Source of the DNA: a virus
Lineage: Duplodnaviria; Caudoviricetes
Direction: 5' to 3' (one strand)
Length of the DNA: 57,949 nt
IMG/VR virus record: IMGVR_UViG_3300010158_000078
Coordinates: 1 to 57,949 of that record
Shown: positions 1 through 11,100 of the stretch, one piece after another
Layout of the letters: each line of letters starts with the position of its first letter
Numbering within the stretch: position 1 is the first letter of the stretch
Position numbers and translations under genes: made by a program
The notes under the pieces: generated by a model
Databases searched by the model: none
What the model saw: the letters and a program-made list of their open reading frames with translations, nothing else
What the model was told of the DNA's origin: nothing

Positions 1-2
1 AA

Positions 3-365
3 CACTTTACTAACCTATCCAAGACAGAGAGAGAGCTTGGAGGTATACCTAACTCATCTGAGGACATTAAGCAAGCACACGCATCGGCTATTGAGACGTA
101 TATAGAGAAGCATGTAGGTCTTGACCTAGAGGGAACGTATAGAGATCCTGAGGAGATGGGATCGATGTATTTCTCAAGAACTTTAGAGGATTGGGCTAAG
201 TTCGATATTAATAATAGAACTAAATTTGATGCTGCAATTAGCTCAGGCTTAGCTATTATGGCTAATCAGAAGCACATGTACATTGCTTCTAAAAAAGAAT
301 CGAAAATAAGCATTACCTTTGCAAGATATAATAATAAAGGATCATTTAGCGAGATAATAAATTAG
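3..365 (+). CDS. terL: terminase large subunit, C-terminal part (5' end outside window)
   Basis: Frame is open from position 3 (…ELGGIPNSSEDIKQAHASAIETYIE…YFSRTLEDWAKFDINNRTKFDAAISSGLA…). This resembles the nuclease-domain end of Bacteroidota phage TerL, and it lies directly upstream of the portal. Confidence 0.75.
   Translation, partial: HFTNLSKTERELGGIPNSSEDIKQAHASAIETYIEKHVGLDLEGTYRDPEEMGSMYFSRTLEDWAKFDINNRTKFDAAISSGLAIMANQKHMYIASKKESKISITFARYNNKGSFSEIIN
314..321 (+). promoter_or_regulatory. Bacteroidota -7 promoter box (TACCTTTG) before portal
   Basis: Matches TAnnTTTG about 45 nt upstream of the portal ATG. Confidence 0.5.
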
Positions 366-2801
366 ATGGTAAAAGTAGATATAGATATTAAAAACATACC
401 GTTTCCTACTCAGTATGTTCCTGACTCTGAGAAAGAAACAAAAGAGTTTGGTCTAAAGATTGGGCAAAGCATTCAATATGAGTGGTTTAGAAAGGATGGG
501 CAACGTTCAAGATTTTATGATCAATGGACAGATTATCATAGATTAAGATTATACGCTAGAGGTGAACAGTCTGTACAAAAGTATAAGAATGAACTTGCTG
601 TTGATGGTGATTTATCTTACTTGAATTTAGACTGGACTCCAGTACCTATCATACCTAAGTTTGTAGATATTGTAGTTAACGGAATGTCTGATAGATTATT
701 TCATGTTAAGGCATACGCACAAGACGCTATGTCTGCTGCTAAGAGAAATAAATATCAGGACATGATAGAGACTGATATGGTTGCTAAACCATTACTAAGT
801 CAGATTAAAGATCAATTTGGAATTAATGCTTTTAATACTAACCCAGATGATTTACCAGAAACAGATGAAGAGCTTAACCTATATATGCAGCTTAACTATA
901 AGCCAGCTGTAGAGATAGCTGAAGAAGAAGCTATTAACACTGTTCTGGATTCTAATAAATATATGGATATTAGAAAAAGAGTTGATTACGATATTACTAC
1001 TATTGGAGTAGGAATTGTAAGGCATCAATTTCTACCAGGGCATGGAATTAAAATTGATTATGTTGATCCAGCTAGTATAGTTTATTCTTATACTGAGGAT
1101 CCATACTTTAAAGATTGTTTTTATTGGGGAGAGATTAAAACTGTCCCTATTACTGAGCTTTTAAAAATAGATCCTTCTTTAACAATAGATCAACTTGAAG
1201 AAATTTCTCTACACAGTCAGTCATGGTATAATTATTATAATGCCTCACAATACTATAATAATAGTTTATTCAATAGAGACTCTGCTACATTATTATACTA
1301 TAATTACAAGACTACTAAGAAGATTGTTTATAAGAAAAAAATAAATGATAACGGAGTAGTTAAGATGATACCTAAGGAAGATACTTTCAATCCACCTCAA
1401 GAGATGATGGAGGAAGGAAGATTCGAGATGGTAGAGAAACGTATTGATGTTTGGTACGAAGGTGTTATGGTTATGGGTACGAATTATGTACTTAAATGGG
1501 AAATGTCTAAGAACATGGTACGACCTAAGTCTGCATCTCAGTACGCTATGCCAAACTATATAGCAGTTGCACCTAGAATGTATAAAGGAAAGGTGGAGTC
1601 GTTAGTTCGTAGAATGACAACATTTGCCGATCTTATTCAGATTACACATCTTAAACTTCAACAGGTACTTGCTAAGATGGTGCCAGATGGGGTGTTTATT
1701 GATGCTGATGGACTTAACGAGGTTGATTTGGGTAATGGTCAAGCATATAATCCAGAGGACGCACTTAGATTGTACTTCCAGACTGGATCTGTTATAGGTA
1801 GGTCCTATACTCAAGACGGAGAATTTAATAATGCAAGGGTTCCAATCACAGAGCTTAACTCAAACAACGGACAAGGTAAAATAAGTGCTTTAGTTGGCAC
1901 GTATAACCATTATATGAGCATGATTAGAGACGTAACAGGTCTTAATGAGGCTCGTGATGGTAGCATGCCAGATCCAAATAGTTTGGTTGGAGTACAGAAG
2001 CTTGCAGCAGCTAACTCAAACACAGCTACAAGACATATACTAGATGCTAGTTTATATTTGACTAGAACATTATCTGAAGCTATATCATTAAGGGTAGCTG
2101 ACGTATTAGAATATTCAGACTTTAAAGAGCAGTTCGCTAACCAGATAGGTAAATACAACGTATCTATATTAGATGATATTAAGGATTTATATATCTATGA
2201 CTTTGGTATATTTATAGAGATGTCTCCAGACGAGGCTGAGAAAGCACAGCTTGAAGCTAATATTCAAATGGCACTTCAGAGAGATTCTATTGGATTAGAA
2301 GATGCTATTGACATTAGAGAGATTAAGAATCTTAAGTTAGCTAATCAATTACTTAAACTTAAGAAGAAAAAGAAACAAGACGAGACTCAAGCATACGAGC
2401 AACAGAAACAACAAGCTCAAGGTCAGATGCAAATGCAATCTCAACAGATGGCAGCACAGACAGCTATGCAGAATATACAAGCAGAGGCACAAGCTAAGAT
2501 GCAAGTTAAACAAGCAGAGACTCAGTTTGACATAGAAAAAATGAAACAAGAGGCTGAGCTTAAGTATCACCTTATGGAGGTTGAGTTCCAAATGAATATG
2601 CAGCTTAAAGGTGTGGATACTAAGAACATGGATATGAAGGATAATCTTAAAGAACAAGCAAAAGATAAAAGAGTAACGCTTCAGAATACACAACAGTCTA
2701 AATTGATTGAGCAGCGTAAGAATAATTTGCCTCCAGTTGATTTTGAATCTGAAGAAGATTCGCTTGATGGTTTTGATTTGGCTGAGTTCTCACCTCGATA
2801 A
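366..2801 (+). CDS. portal protein
   Basis: 811 aa; LNLDWTPVPIIPKFVDIVVNG motif and Q-rich coiled-coil C-terminus as in P22/crAss-type portals; follows TerL. Confidence 0.85.
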   Translation: MVKVDIDIKNIPFPTQYVPDSEKETKEFGLKIGQSIQYEWFRKDGQRSRFYDQWTDYHRLRLYARGEQSVQKYKNELAVDGDLSYLNLDWTPVPIIPKFVDIVVNGMSDRLFHVKAYAQDAMSAAKRNKYQDMIETDMVAKPLLSQIKDQFGINAFNTNPDDLPETDEELNLYMQLNYKPAVEIAEEEAINTVLDSNKYMDIRKRVDYDITTIGVGIVRHQFLPGHGIKIDYVDPASIVYSYTEDPYFKDCFYWGEIKTVPITELLKIDPSLTIDQLEEISLHSQSWYNYYNASQYYNNSLFNRDSATLLYYNYKTTKKIVYKKKINDNGVVKMIPKEDTFNPPQEMMEEGRFEMVEKRIDVWYEGVMVMGTNYVLKWEMSKNMVRPKSASQYAMPNYIAVAPRMYKGKVESLVRRMTTFADLIQITHLKLQQVLAKMVPDGVFIDADGLNEVDLGNGQAYNPEDALRLYFQTGSVIGRSYTQDGEFNNARVPITELNSNNGQGKISALVGTYNHYMSMIRDVTGLNEARDGSMPDPNSLVGVQKLAAANSNTATRHILDASLYLTRTLSEAISLRVADVLEYSDFKEQFANQIGKYNVSILDDIKDLYIYDFGIFIEMSPDEAEKAQLEANIQMALQRDSIGLEDAIDIREIKNLKLANQLLKLKKKKKQDETQAYEQQKQQAQGQMQMQSQQMAAQTAMQNIQAEAQAKMQVKQAETQFDIEKMKQEAELKYHLMEVEFQMNMQLKGVDTKNMDMKDNLKEQAKDKRVTLQNTQQSKLIEQRKNNLPPVDFESEEDSLDGFDLAEFSPR

Positions 2802-2818
2802 TATATAAAATTAATTAA

Positions 2819-2826
2819 TAACTTTG
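2819..2826 (+). promoter_or_regulatory. -7 promoter box (TAACTTTG) for scaffold/capsid operon
   Basis: TAnnTTTG in the intergenic gap, followed by an AT-rich leader without Shine-Dalgarno. Confidence 0.6.
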
Positions 2827-2889
2827 CAAAAATAATAATTATGGCATTAGGTTGGCATAAAATTAAATAAATTAAATAAATTAAATCAA

Positions 2890-3966
2890 ATGGAAAATTT
2901 TACTGTAAGAGATTTGGGAGCTGGAGAAGAAAAGTCAGTTCAACAAATCGAGCAAGAGCTTTTGGATAAGCACGAAGCTCAACAAGAGGCAATTCATCAA
3001 GAACCTTTACAACAAGAAGAGGTAATTGTAGAATCTCCTAAATTAAATGATGATGATGTTCTTTCATATATTAAGAATAGATATAACAAAGAGATAAATT
3101 CTATTGACGATCTTGTAGCAGAAAGAAATGCTCAAGAAGAGTTACCAGAAGATGTTTCTGCCTTCTTTAAATTTAAGAAGGAAACAGGTAGAGGTATAGA
3201 TGATTTTGTTAAGCTTAACAAGAATTATGAAGATACCGATCCTGATAAATTATTAGCTGAGTATTACAAACAGACCGAAGAGGATTTAGATGACGATGAT
3301 ATCGCATATACTCTTGAAGAAAAGTTCGGTTATGATGAAGATTTTGATGACGAAAAGGTTATCAAGAAAAAAGAAATCGCTAAGAAAAAAGAACTTGCTA
3401 AGGCAAAGAAATATTTCAATGATTTGAAAGAACAATATAAAGCTCCTCTTGAGTCAAGGGGTGGTTTAGTTTCAGACGAAGAAAAAGAAACATACGATGC
3501 CTACAAGAAATACGTTCAAGAATCACAAACGTACCAACAAGAAGCTGCTAGTAAATCTGAGTACTTCCAAAAGAAAACAAATGAAATATTCTCTGATGAG
3601 TTCAAAGGTTTTGAGTTCGATCTAGGAGATAAAAGATCAAAGTTTTCAGTGGGAGATGTTAACGAGATTAAATCAGCACAGTCTAATGTTAATAACTTCA
3701 TATCTAAGTTTTTAGATGAGAATGGATTGATTAAGGATGCAGTTGGTTACCATCGTGCTTTGACAGCGGCTATGAATCCAGATAAGTTAGCAAGACACTT
3801 CTATGAACAAGGGAAGTCAGACGCATTATTAGATAGTGCTCGAAACATTAAAAACATTGATATGGAAGTGAGAAATTCTCCTTCTCCTATCACTAACTCT
3901 GGGTTCCAAGTTAAGTCATTAAACGATGATGCTGGTCGAGGACTAAGAATCAAAAGTAGAAAATAA
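2890..3966 (+). CDS. putative capsid scaffolding protein
   Basis: 358 aa, acidic and helical, between portal and major capsid protein. Confidence 0.65.
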   Translation: MENFTVRDLGAGEEKSVQQIEQELLDKHEAQQEAIHQEPLQQEEVIVESPKLNDDDVLSYIKNRYNKEINSIDDLVAERNAQEELPEDVSAFFKFKKETGRGIDDFVKLNKNYEDTDPDKLLAEYYKQTEEDLDDDDIAYTLEEKFGYDEDFDDEKVIKKKEIAKKKELAKAKKYFNDLKEQYKAPLESRGGLVSDEEKETYDAYKKYVQESQTYQQEAASKSEYFQKKTNEIFSDEFKGFEFDLGDKRSKFSVGDVNEIKSAQSNVNNFISKFLDENGLIKDAVGYHRALTAAMNPDKLARHFYEQGKSDALLDSARNIKNIDMEVRNSPSPITNSGFQVKSLNDDAGRGLRIKSRK

Positions 3967-3984
3967 TTTTAAAACAAAAACAAA

Positions 3985-5400
3985 ATGGCTGGATCAGTTT
4001 TATCAACCCCTGGGTTCGAATTACAACCAAGTGCTGAGAAGAAAACCTTAGCATCAAATTACATCACTAACTTCAACTTCTTGAATCAGTATCTTCCAGA
4101 TACTTATGAGAAAGAGTTTGAACGTTACGGAAATCGTTCTATCGCTTCTTTCTTAAGAATCGTTGGAGCTGAAATGCCGTCTAACTCTGACCTTATCAAA
4201 TGGGCAGAACAAGGACGTTTACACACTAAATATGTTAACTGTTCATCTTCCGCTATTGTTGGAGACGGTACTGCTATTATCACAGTACATGATACATTAA
4301 ATCCTGCCACTACCTCTACAACTGGTATTGCTTTCAGAGTAGGTCAGACAGTTTTCTTATCATCTAATCAAACTGCTGCTAATTCTAACAAAGGTATTAT
4401 TACTGAAGTTGATTATGTTGCTGGTACTTTCCATGTATCTTATTACGAGGCTGCTGGTCAAATGTTTGGTAACGCTGGATCAGGAGCTACTATTACTGCA
4501 TTTGTTTACGGTTCTGAATTTAAAAAAGGAACTGAAGGTATGGTTGAATCATTAGAGGCTTCTGATGAGATCTTCGAAAACTCTCCAATCATCATCAAAG
4601 ATAAATATGCAGTATCTGGATCAGATATGGCACAAATCGGATGGGTTGAAGTTACTACTGAAAATAGAGCAACTGGTTACTTATGGTATATCAAGTCTGA
4701 GCACGAAACTCGTTTGAGATTTGAGGATTACTTAGAGATGGCTATGGTTGAAGGAGTTCCTGCTGAGGCTGGATCTGGAGCTATTGCTAATGCTAAAGGT
4801 ACTGAAGGTTTATTCTATGTAGTAAACAAAAGAGGTAACGTATGGTCAGGTGGTAACCCAAGCACTTTAGGTGACTTTGATACTATCATCCAACGTTTAG
4901 ACAAACAAGGAGCTATCGAAGAAAATGCTATCTTCTTGAACCGTCAGTTCTCTAACGACATCAATGACATGTTGGCTCATCAAAACTCTTATGGAGCTGG
5001 TGGTACATCTTATGGTTTATTTGATAACGATGAGCAAATGGCTTTGAACTTAGGATTTACAGGTTTCCGTAGAGGTTACGATTTCTACAAAACAGACTGG
5101 AAATACTTAAACGATGCTGCTTTAAGAGGTGGTGTTGTTGGAGGTGCTGTAAACGGAGTATTAGTTCCAGCTGGATCTACTACAGTTTACGACCAAGTTT
5201 TAGGTAAAAATGCTAAACGACCATTCTTACACGTAAGATACCGTGCTTCTGAAACTGAAGACAGACGTTACAAAACATGGATCACTGGATCTGCTGGTGG
5301 TGCTGTAACATCTTCTTTAGATGCAATGGAGGTTCACTTCTTGTCTGAAAGAGCGTTATGTACATTAGGTGCTAATAACTTCTTCTTATTTAAAGGATAA
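3985..5400 (+). CDS. major capsid protein
   Basis: 471 aa; strongly biased high-expression codons; follows the scaffold and precedes a strong terminator; QYLPDTYEKEFERYGNR-type N-terminus of Bacteroidota podophage capsid proteins. Confidence 0.85.
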   Translation: MAGSVLSTPGFELQPSAEKKTLASNYITNFNFLNQYLPDTYEKEFERYGNRSIASFLRIVGAEMPSNSDLIKWAEQGRLHTKYVNCSSSAIVGDGTAIITVHDTLNPATTSTTGIAFRVGQTVFLSSNQTAANSNKGIITEVDYVAGTFHVSYYEAAGQMFGNAGSGATITAFVYGSEFKKGTEGMVESLEASDEIFENSPIIIKDKYAVSGSDMAQIGWVEVTTENRATGYLWYIKSEHETRLRFEDYLEMAMVEGVPAEAGSGAIANAKGTEGLFYVVNKRGNVWSGGNPSTLGDFDTIIQRLDKQGAIEENAIFLNRQFSNDINDMLAHQNSYGAGGTSYGLFDNDEQMALNLGFTGFRRGYDFYKTDWKYLNDAALRGGVVGGAVNGVLVPAGSTTVYDQVLGKNAKRPFLHVRYRASETEDRRYKTWITGSAGGAVTSSLDAMEVHFLSERALCTLGANNFFLFKG

Positions 5401-5416
5401 GAATAAACAATAATAT

Positions 5417-5451
5417 GACAGAGGGACATCGATGTCCCTCTGTCTATTTTT
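5417..5451 (+). terminator. intrinsic terminator after capsid gene
   Basis: Perfect 28-bp palindrome GACAGAGGGACATC|GATGTCCCTCTGTC followed by TATTTTT. Confidence 0.85.
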
Positions 5452-5472
5452 AATAAATTAAAATTATATCAA

Positions 5473-6219
5473 ATGAAAAAAACAGAATCTCCATTAGTGG
5501 ACAAGACTTACATTTTAAAAAACGGAGTAGCTCCTCTTAGCTACATGATTGCTTCACGCAATTCAAACAGATCTCCTCTATACTATTTTGATGAGGATAA
5601 AAAACAAAACAGAGCTTTGAGATATGCAAGAAACCAACAGACTCCTTTCGAAGATGAGCAGGATGGTAACGCTATCTTAGAACCTATTACGTTTATAGAT
5701 GGTGCACTACATGTACCTAGAACAAACCCAGTATTACAGAAATTCTTGGAAATTCATCCAGAGTACGGATCAACTTTTGAAGAGGTTAATACTGAGAAGG
5801 ATGCTTTTAGCGATATGGATATTTTAAATTATTCATTAGATGCTCAGATTGCAGCAAGAGATTTACCATTAGAAATGCTTGAGTCAGTCGCTCGTGTTTT
5901 ACTTGGAGCTAAGATTGATAAGATGACTACAGTAGAGTTAAAGCGTGATGTATTAGTTTATGCCAAGAATCACCCTTCAAGCTTCTTAGAGATGCTTAAC
6001 GATCCAATGCTTGAGTTACAGAACAAGTGTGTTAAATTCTTCGATTCAGGTTTACTTGTAATGAAAAATAAAAACAAAGACGTTTACTTTAATCTTCCAC
6101 AGAACAAAAAGAAACTATTAACAGTTCCTTATGGAGAGGATTATATCTACATAGTATCATCATTTATGCAAAGTGATGAAGGTCTTGAGGTCTTAAGATT
6201 ACTTGAGAACAAGATGTAA
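5473..6219 (+). CDS. conserved hypothetical protein of the head module
   Basis: 248-aa ORF with genome-typical codon use, downstream of the capsid gene. Confidence 0.7.
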   Translation: MKKTESPLVDKTYILKNGVAPLSYMIASRNSNRSPLYYFDEDKKQNRALRYARNQQTPFEDEQDGNAILEPITFIDGALHVPRTNPVLQKFLEIHPEYGSTFEEVNTEKDAFSDMDILNYSLDAQIAARDLPLEMLESVARVLLGAKIDKMTTVELKRDVLVYAKNHPSSFLEMLNDPMLELQNKCVKFFDSGLLVMKNKNKDVYFNLPQNKKKLLTVPYGEDYIYIVSSFMQSDEGLEVLRLLENKM

Positions 6220-6224
6220 ATAAC

Positions 6225-6255
6225 AAGGGAGCTAATTAGCTCCCTTTTTTATTTT
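6225..6255. terminator. intrinsic terminator between convergent genes
   Basis: Perfect 22-bp palindrome AAGGGAGCTAA|TTAGCTCCCTT plus T-run. Confidence 0.8.
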
Positions 6256-6454
6256 AAAGTTTTCCTCCAAACTTAAACCATATATCGTTTAATTCGTAAT
6301 CAATATTAAAATTATTCTTAAGTATATTAATTGACTTTAATTTTGCTTCGTTTTCTGATAAACCATATTCACCTAAAAAAATTTCATCATCATCTATCAT
6401 AATACTGTACTCCACACCAACAAAACTTCCATTCCAATAAAAATCAATTTTCAT
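6254..6454 (-). CDS. small AT-rich hypothetical protein (moron-like)
   Basis: 66 aa, opposite strand inside the structural block, own -7 box (TATATTTG at 6473-6480). Confidence 0.55.
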   Translation of the reverse strand: MKIDFYWNGSFVGVEYSIMIDDDEIFLGEYGLSENEAKLKSINILKNNFNIDYELNDIWFKFGGKL

Positions 6455-6526
6455 AATATAATTTTATTTTGACAAATATAATATTTAAAACAATACATCA
6501 CGTAAATCGGAGTGCTTTTTTTTTGT

Positions 6527-6534
6527 TATCTTTG
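6527..6534 (+). promoter_or_regulatory. -7 promoter box (TATCTTTG) for tail operon
   Basis: TAnnTTTG 15 nt upstream of the 6550 ATG. Confidence 0.6.
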
Positions 6535-6549
6535 TAAAAAGTTTTGTAG

Positions 6550-7242
6550 ATGATAAATTCAGTGAGAAGCACCGTAATGGCTGTTGCTAACAAAAATAAC
6601 TTCGGGTATATTACACCTGAGGATTTTAATCTTTATGCCAAACAAGCACAACTTGATTTGTTTGAGGATTATATTTTCAAATATAACCTATGGATTACCA
6701 AGCAAAATGCAAGAGCATCTAATAGTGGTTATGCAGACATAGTTAAGAAATTAGACCTTATAATAGATAAGTTCTCTACTATAGCGAATTTAACTCATTT
6801 AACTAACTCTGACTTCTCAATGCCGTCTGATTATTATTACTTGAACACGGTTAGATATAATAACAAAGAGGTTGGTAAGGTATCTGGAGAAAAGGTTCTT
6901 TATCTTTTACAGTCAAATCTAACAGCTCCAAATATATACAACCCAGCTTACGTACTTAATGGACAAACTATTACAGTTTACCCTACCACTATTATAACTG
7001 GAGTATCATCTCAGTATTTAAGACTTCCTAAGGATCCAAAGTGGACCTATGTAAATATTACAGCTGGTGAGCCAGTGTTTGATCAGTCTGCTTTAGATTA
7101 TCAAGATTTCGAGTTACCTTACCAAGACGAACCATCATTGGTAAATAAAATACTTGAATACGCTGGAATGTCTATTAGAGAGCCTGAGGTTGTTAACCTT
7201 GGTGCTGGATTAGAAGCTAAAGAACAACAATTAGAAGGATAA
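6550..7242 (+). CDS. putative head-tail adaptor/ring protein
   Basis: 230 aa; ANKNNFGYITPEDFNLYAKQAQLD and YLRLPKDPKW motifs resemble crAss-type ring proteins; gene order. Confidence 0.6.
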   Translation: MINSVRSTVMAVANKNNFGYITPEDFNLYAKQAQLDLFEDYIFKYNLWITKQNARASNSGYADIVKKLDLIIDKFSTIANLTHLTNSDFSMPSDYYYLNTVRYNNKEVGKVSGEKVLYLLQSNLTAPNIYNPAYVLNGQTITVYPTTIITGVSSQYLRLPKDPKWTYVNITAGEPVFDQSALDYQDFELPYQDEPSLVNKILEYAGMSIREPEVVNLGAGLEAKEQQLEG

Positions 7243-7245
7243 GAT

Positions 7246-8163
7246 ATGGCATATTTAACTGGCTACCAATACTATAACAATAGTGATGTAGTTCCAAATG
7301 ATGAGAACTGGGGTTCTTACCAATACGTTTCATTAAATGATGTAGTTAATAACTTCATACTTATGTATGTTGGTAATGATAAGTTAATTAATAATGTAGA
7401 GAAGTATAATGTATTGTTTCATGCAAAGCGTGGAATACAAGAGATTAATTATGATGCTTTAAAAGAAATTAAAGTTCTTGAAATAAGTGTGTGTGATGAT
7501 CTTAAATTCATTCTACCTCCAGACTATGTTAATTATGTAAGAATGTCACTATACATGGATGGTGTACTTAGACCATTATCAGAGAACATTCAAGCACTTA
7601 GCAGTAACTCATATCTTCAAGATAACGATTGTAATGTTTTATTCGATCAAGAAGGAAATGTTCTGGAAGGAATGTCTATGTTGGACTATGATAGAATATT
7701 TAAACAAGGAACAAGTATTTATTTAGGTTCTGGTTTATACGCTGGAAAAGAAGGTTGGAACTTAGATAATATATGGTACTTCCAATACCCAATAGGAAAG
7801 CGATACGGGCTTAATACAGAGACAGCTAATGTAAACCCTACCTACAAGATAGATAAGGCCTCAGGAGTGATTAATTTCAGTTCTACAATGGCTGGAGAGT
7901 TATGTATATTAGAATACATATCTGATGGTATGGAGGGAGGAAACGATGCAGATGTAAAGATAAACAAACTTGCAGAAGAGTTTCTTTATTCTTATATTAA
8001 ATGGGCCATACTAAACAATAAGCTTGGAGTGCAAGAATATGTTGTTGCTAGAGCCAAAAAAGAAAAGACTGCATTATTAAGAAACGCGAAAATAAGACTT
8101 AGTAACTTACATCCAGGAAGATTATTAATGAACTTGAGAGGTAAAGACAAAATGATTAAGTAA
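7246..8163 (+). CDS. putative tail ring/tubular protein
   Basis: 305 aa; LFHAKRGIQE and LPPDYVNYVR motifs, similar to the preceding ring protein; precedes the nozzle gene. Confidence 0.6.
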   Translation: MAYLTGYQYYNNSDVVPNDENWGSYQYVSLNDVVNNFILMYVGNDKLINNVEKYNVLFHAKRGIQEINYDALKEIKVLEISVCDDLKFILPPDYVNYVRMSLYMDGVLRPLSENIQALSSNSYLQDNDCNVLFDQEGNVLEGMSMLDYDRIFKQGTSIYLGSGLYAGKEGWNLDNIWYFQYPIGKRYGLNTETANVNPTYKIDKASGVINFSSTMAGELCILEYISDGMEGGNDADVKINKLAEEFLYSYIKWAILNNKLGVQEYVVARAKKEKTALLRNAKIRLSNLHPGRLLMNLRGKDKMIK

Positions 8164-8166
8164 TTT

Positions 8167-11100
8167 ATGGATTCAAGAGTAAGTTTTGTAAAAGGTAGAA
8201 TGAATAAGTCTTATGACAAAAGATTACTTCCTGAGGGAGAGTATATCGATGCCATGAATATAAGATTAGGTTCTACTGAAGATAATAGCGTAGGAGTAAT
8301 AGAAAATACTAAAGGAAATATACTTTTAGCTCAGCTAAGATATGAAGGTAATCTATTAAGTACTAATGCATTATGTATAGGTGCTTATGAATCTGGAGAC
8401 AGAGAAACTATATTTTGGTTTGTAACAGATCCTGGAGTAGTTGACATGATTGTTTCTTATAATACTGAAACATCTCTTTTATTATACCATGTTATATCTA
8501 CTACTGTATTAAATTTTAATAGTGATTATCTTATAACTGGTATAAATCTTATTGATAAATATTTATTTTGGACTGATAATTTAAACCCTCCAAGAAAGAT
8601 AAATATAGCTAGAACTTATTATCCTCCAGTATCTGGTGTTGATATAATAACTGTTGAAGATGTTAATGTAATTGTAGCTCCTCCACTAGAGGCTCCTAAA
8701 GTTCAGATGGTTAGTATATCTGGAGGAGAGAACTTTATAGAGAATGTTTTTATTTCATTCGCGTACAGATACAAGTATAAGGATAACGAGTATAGTGCAT
8801 TATCTCAGTTTACAGATGTTGCTTTTGAGCCAGGGCAGTTTAAATTAAACTATTCTACATATGATAATTCTGGAATGGAGAATATATTTAACGCTGCCAA
8901 CGTAACGTTTAATACTGGAGACTCTAATGTTATTGGTATTGATTTATGTTTTAAATTTTCAGATGGAAATATAGTTAACATAGTAGAGAAGTACATAAAA
9001 AATGAACAGGGATGGGGTAATAACTCTACTCAAAGCATACTTTTTGACAATAAAAAAATATATACAACTCTTCCAGAGAGTGAACTATTAAGACTATACG
9101 ATAATGTTCCACATATAGCTAAATCCCAAACAACAATGGGTAATAGGATAATGTATGGAAATTATATTGATGGTTATAACATACATGATGATAATGATAA
9201 GCCTATAGCTATAAAATACAATTTAGATTTAATATCTGAAAATATAGATTATAAGAACTTATTAACAACATCAATAAATGCACCATATAATATAAGTGGA
9301 TCAACTATAAATATAGACCACACATTATATTCTATAGATTTTGGATCTAATCCTTTATTGAAACAAGGAAGCTCATTATTAATAAATTTTAACCTACAAC
9401 ATGTATCATTTCAGGGTGGTGGTTATGAAGATGCTTCAGCTCCATTAAATAATTTTAGTTATACATTATTATTTAATCTTCAGCAAGATTATCTAAACGT
9501 TGCAGATTTAGCTTCAAGTGATCAATTTAGAAAACTTATCACATCTAACCCACCGTTAGGTATGTCTCATTGTAATGATGGTTTCTCTGTTACGGATTAC
9601 TTTAACTGTTCAATGTTAGCTAAATCTGGATGGGAAAAATATAGTAGCGGTGTAAATAATTTAGGTGAAGGATTTGTAATAGAGCCAGTTACTCCAGGAA
9701 CAAATATAATTAAAATACAAATTCCAGCAGTAGTATATAGAAACATATCCGATCCATCATTACTAGCTTATGAGTATCTTGAGAATGTTTATACTCTAGC
9801 CTCTTTTAATAAGGCTGGAAATAAAAGGAGTCTACATAGTAATAGAGATTATGAGGTAGGTATTGTGTATATGGATGAATATAATAGAAGTACTACAGCA
9901 CTTGTTTGTAATACAAATACTTTATTTATACCAGAGTCAAAATCTATTACAAAGAACTTTTTAAGAGCTTCTATTCCAGCTGGTACACACCCTCCTTATT
10001 GGGCTACTAGATATAAGTGGGTTATAAAACCTTCTAAGACAGATTATCAAACAATATATACTAATCTTTATTATCCAGATCCTTCAAACGCAGCTATTTG
10101 GTTTTACTTAGAAGGAGATAATAGAAGCAAGGTAAAAGAGAACGATTTAATTATAGTTAAGACAGATAGTAACGGACCTCTAACAAGTTTAGTAAAGGCC
10201 AAGGTTTTAGGTCTTAAGTATAAGTTGTATGGTGACTTAGGAAGTGGTACAAGTCCAGAAGGATCTTATATGAAGATTAAACCCTCTAGTTTTTACGCAC
10301 TATATGATCAAGCTACATTTATTCAAAGAATAGGGGATTTTTTATATACAGCTCCTAACAATATATTTTCCCAGGTACCTAGAGTTAGTATATGTAACTT
10401 ATATACAGAAACATCAACAGTAGGTGTATATAAAGCAATACCTATAAAGGCTGGAAGTAGAGTAAGGATACGTTTATTTTGCGAAAGAGCTGGTTCTGGC
10501 CATACAGGAGGAGGAAGGATATATTTATATGATAAGACATTTGTAGCTTCAAACGATTATTATAATTTACACGAGTATGTTATTGGAGATCAGATAGATC
10601 TTACAAGTGGAATATATGATGGAACTGATGACGATGCCTTTCACATGCATACAATATTTAATAATCCTGTAGATACGTATATACCTTATATAAACTATAC
10701 TTCCGCTTTACAATTAATCTCTATTGATAAGACTAATCAGATTCAGTTCTTTCATGGAGACAATGGTGAGTTTTATATAGGTCTTGGATCTGGAACGCCT
10801 GCTGCTGGTGGTCACTCATCGGGATCAAGTATTACAGTTGAAATTCAAGAACCTAATAATATTATAGTTTTTGAGACAGAGCCGAATGATGCAGATGGAG
10901 AAAAGTTCTATGAAGGAAGCGAGAATTTCCAAATTATAAACGGTTTACATCAAGGAAGTTCATTCCCGAATACTGAAGGAGGTATTAATGTACCACACAA
11001 CCAAACCACAACAGATCCAGCAGTTTGTAATTTAGGTTTCTTTAACTGTTTTACTTTTGGAAATGGCGTTGAGAGTTATAAGATAGATGACTCATTGACA

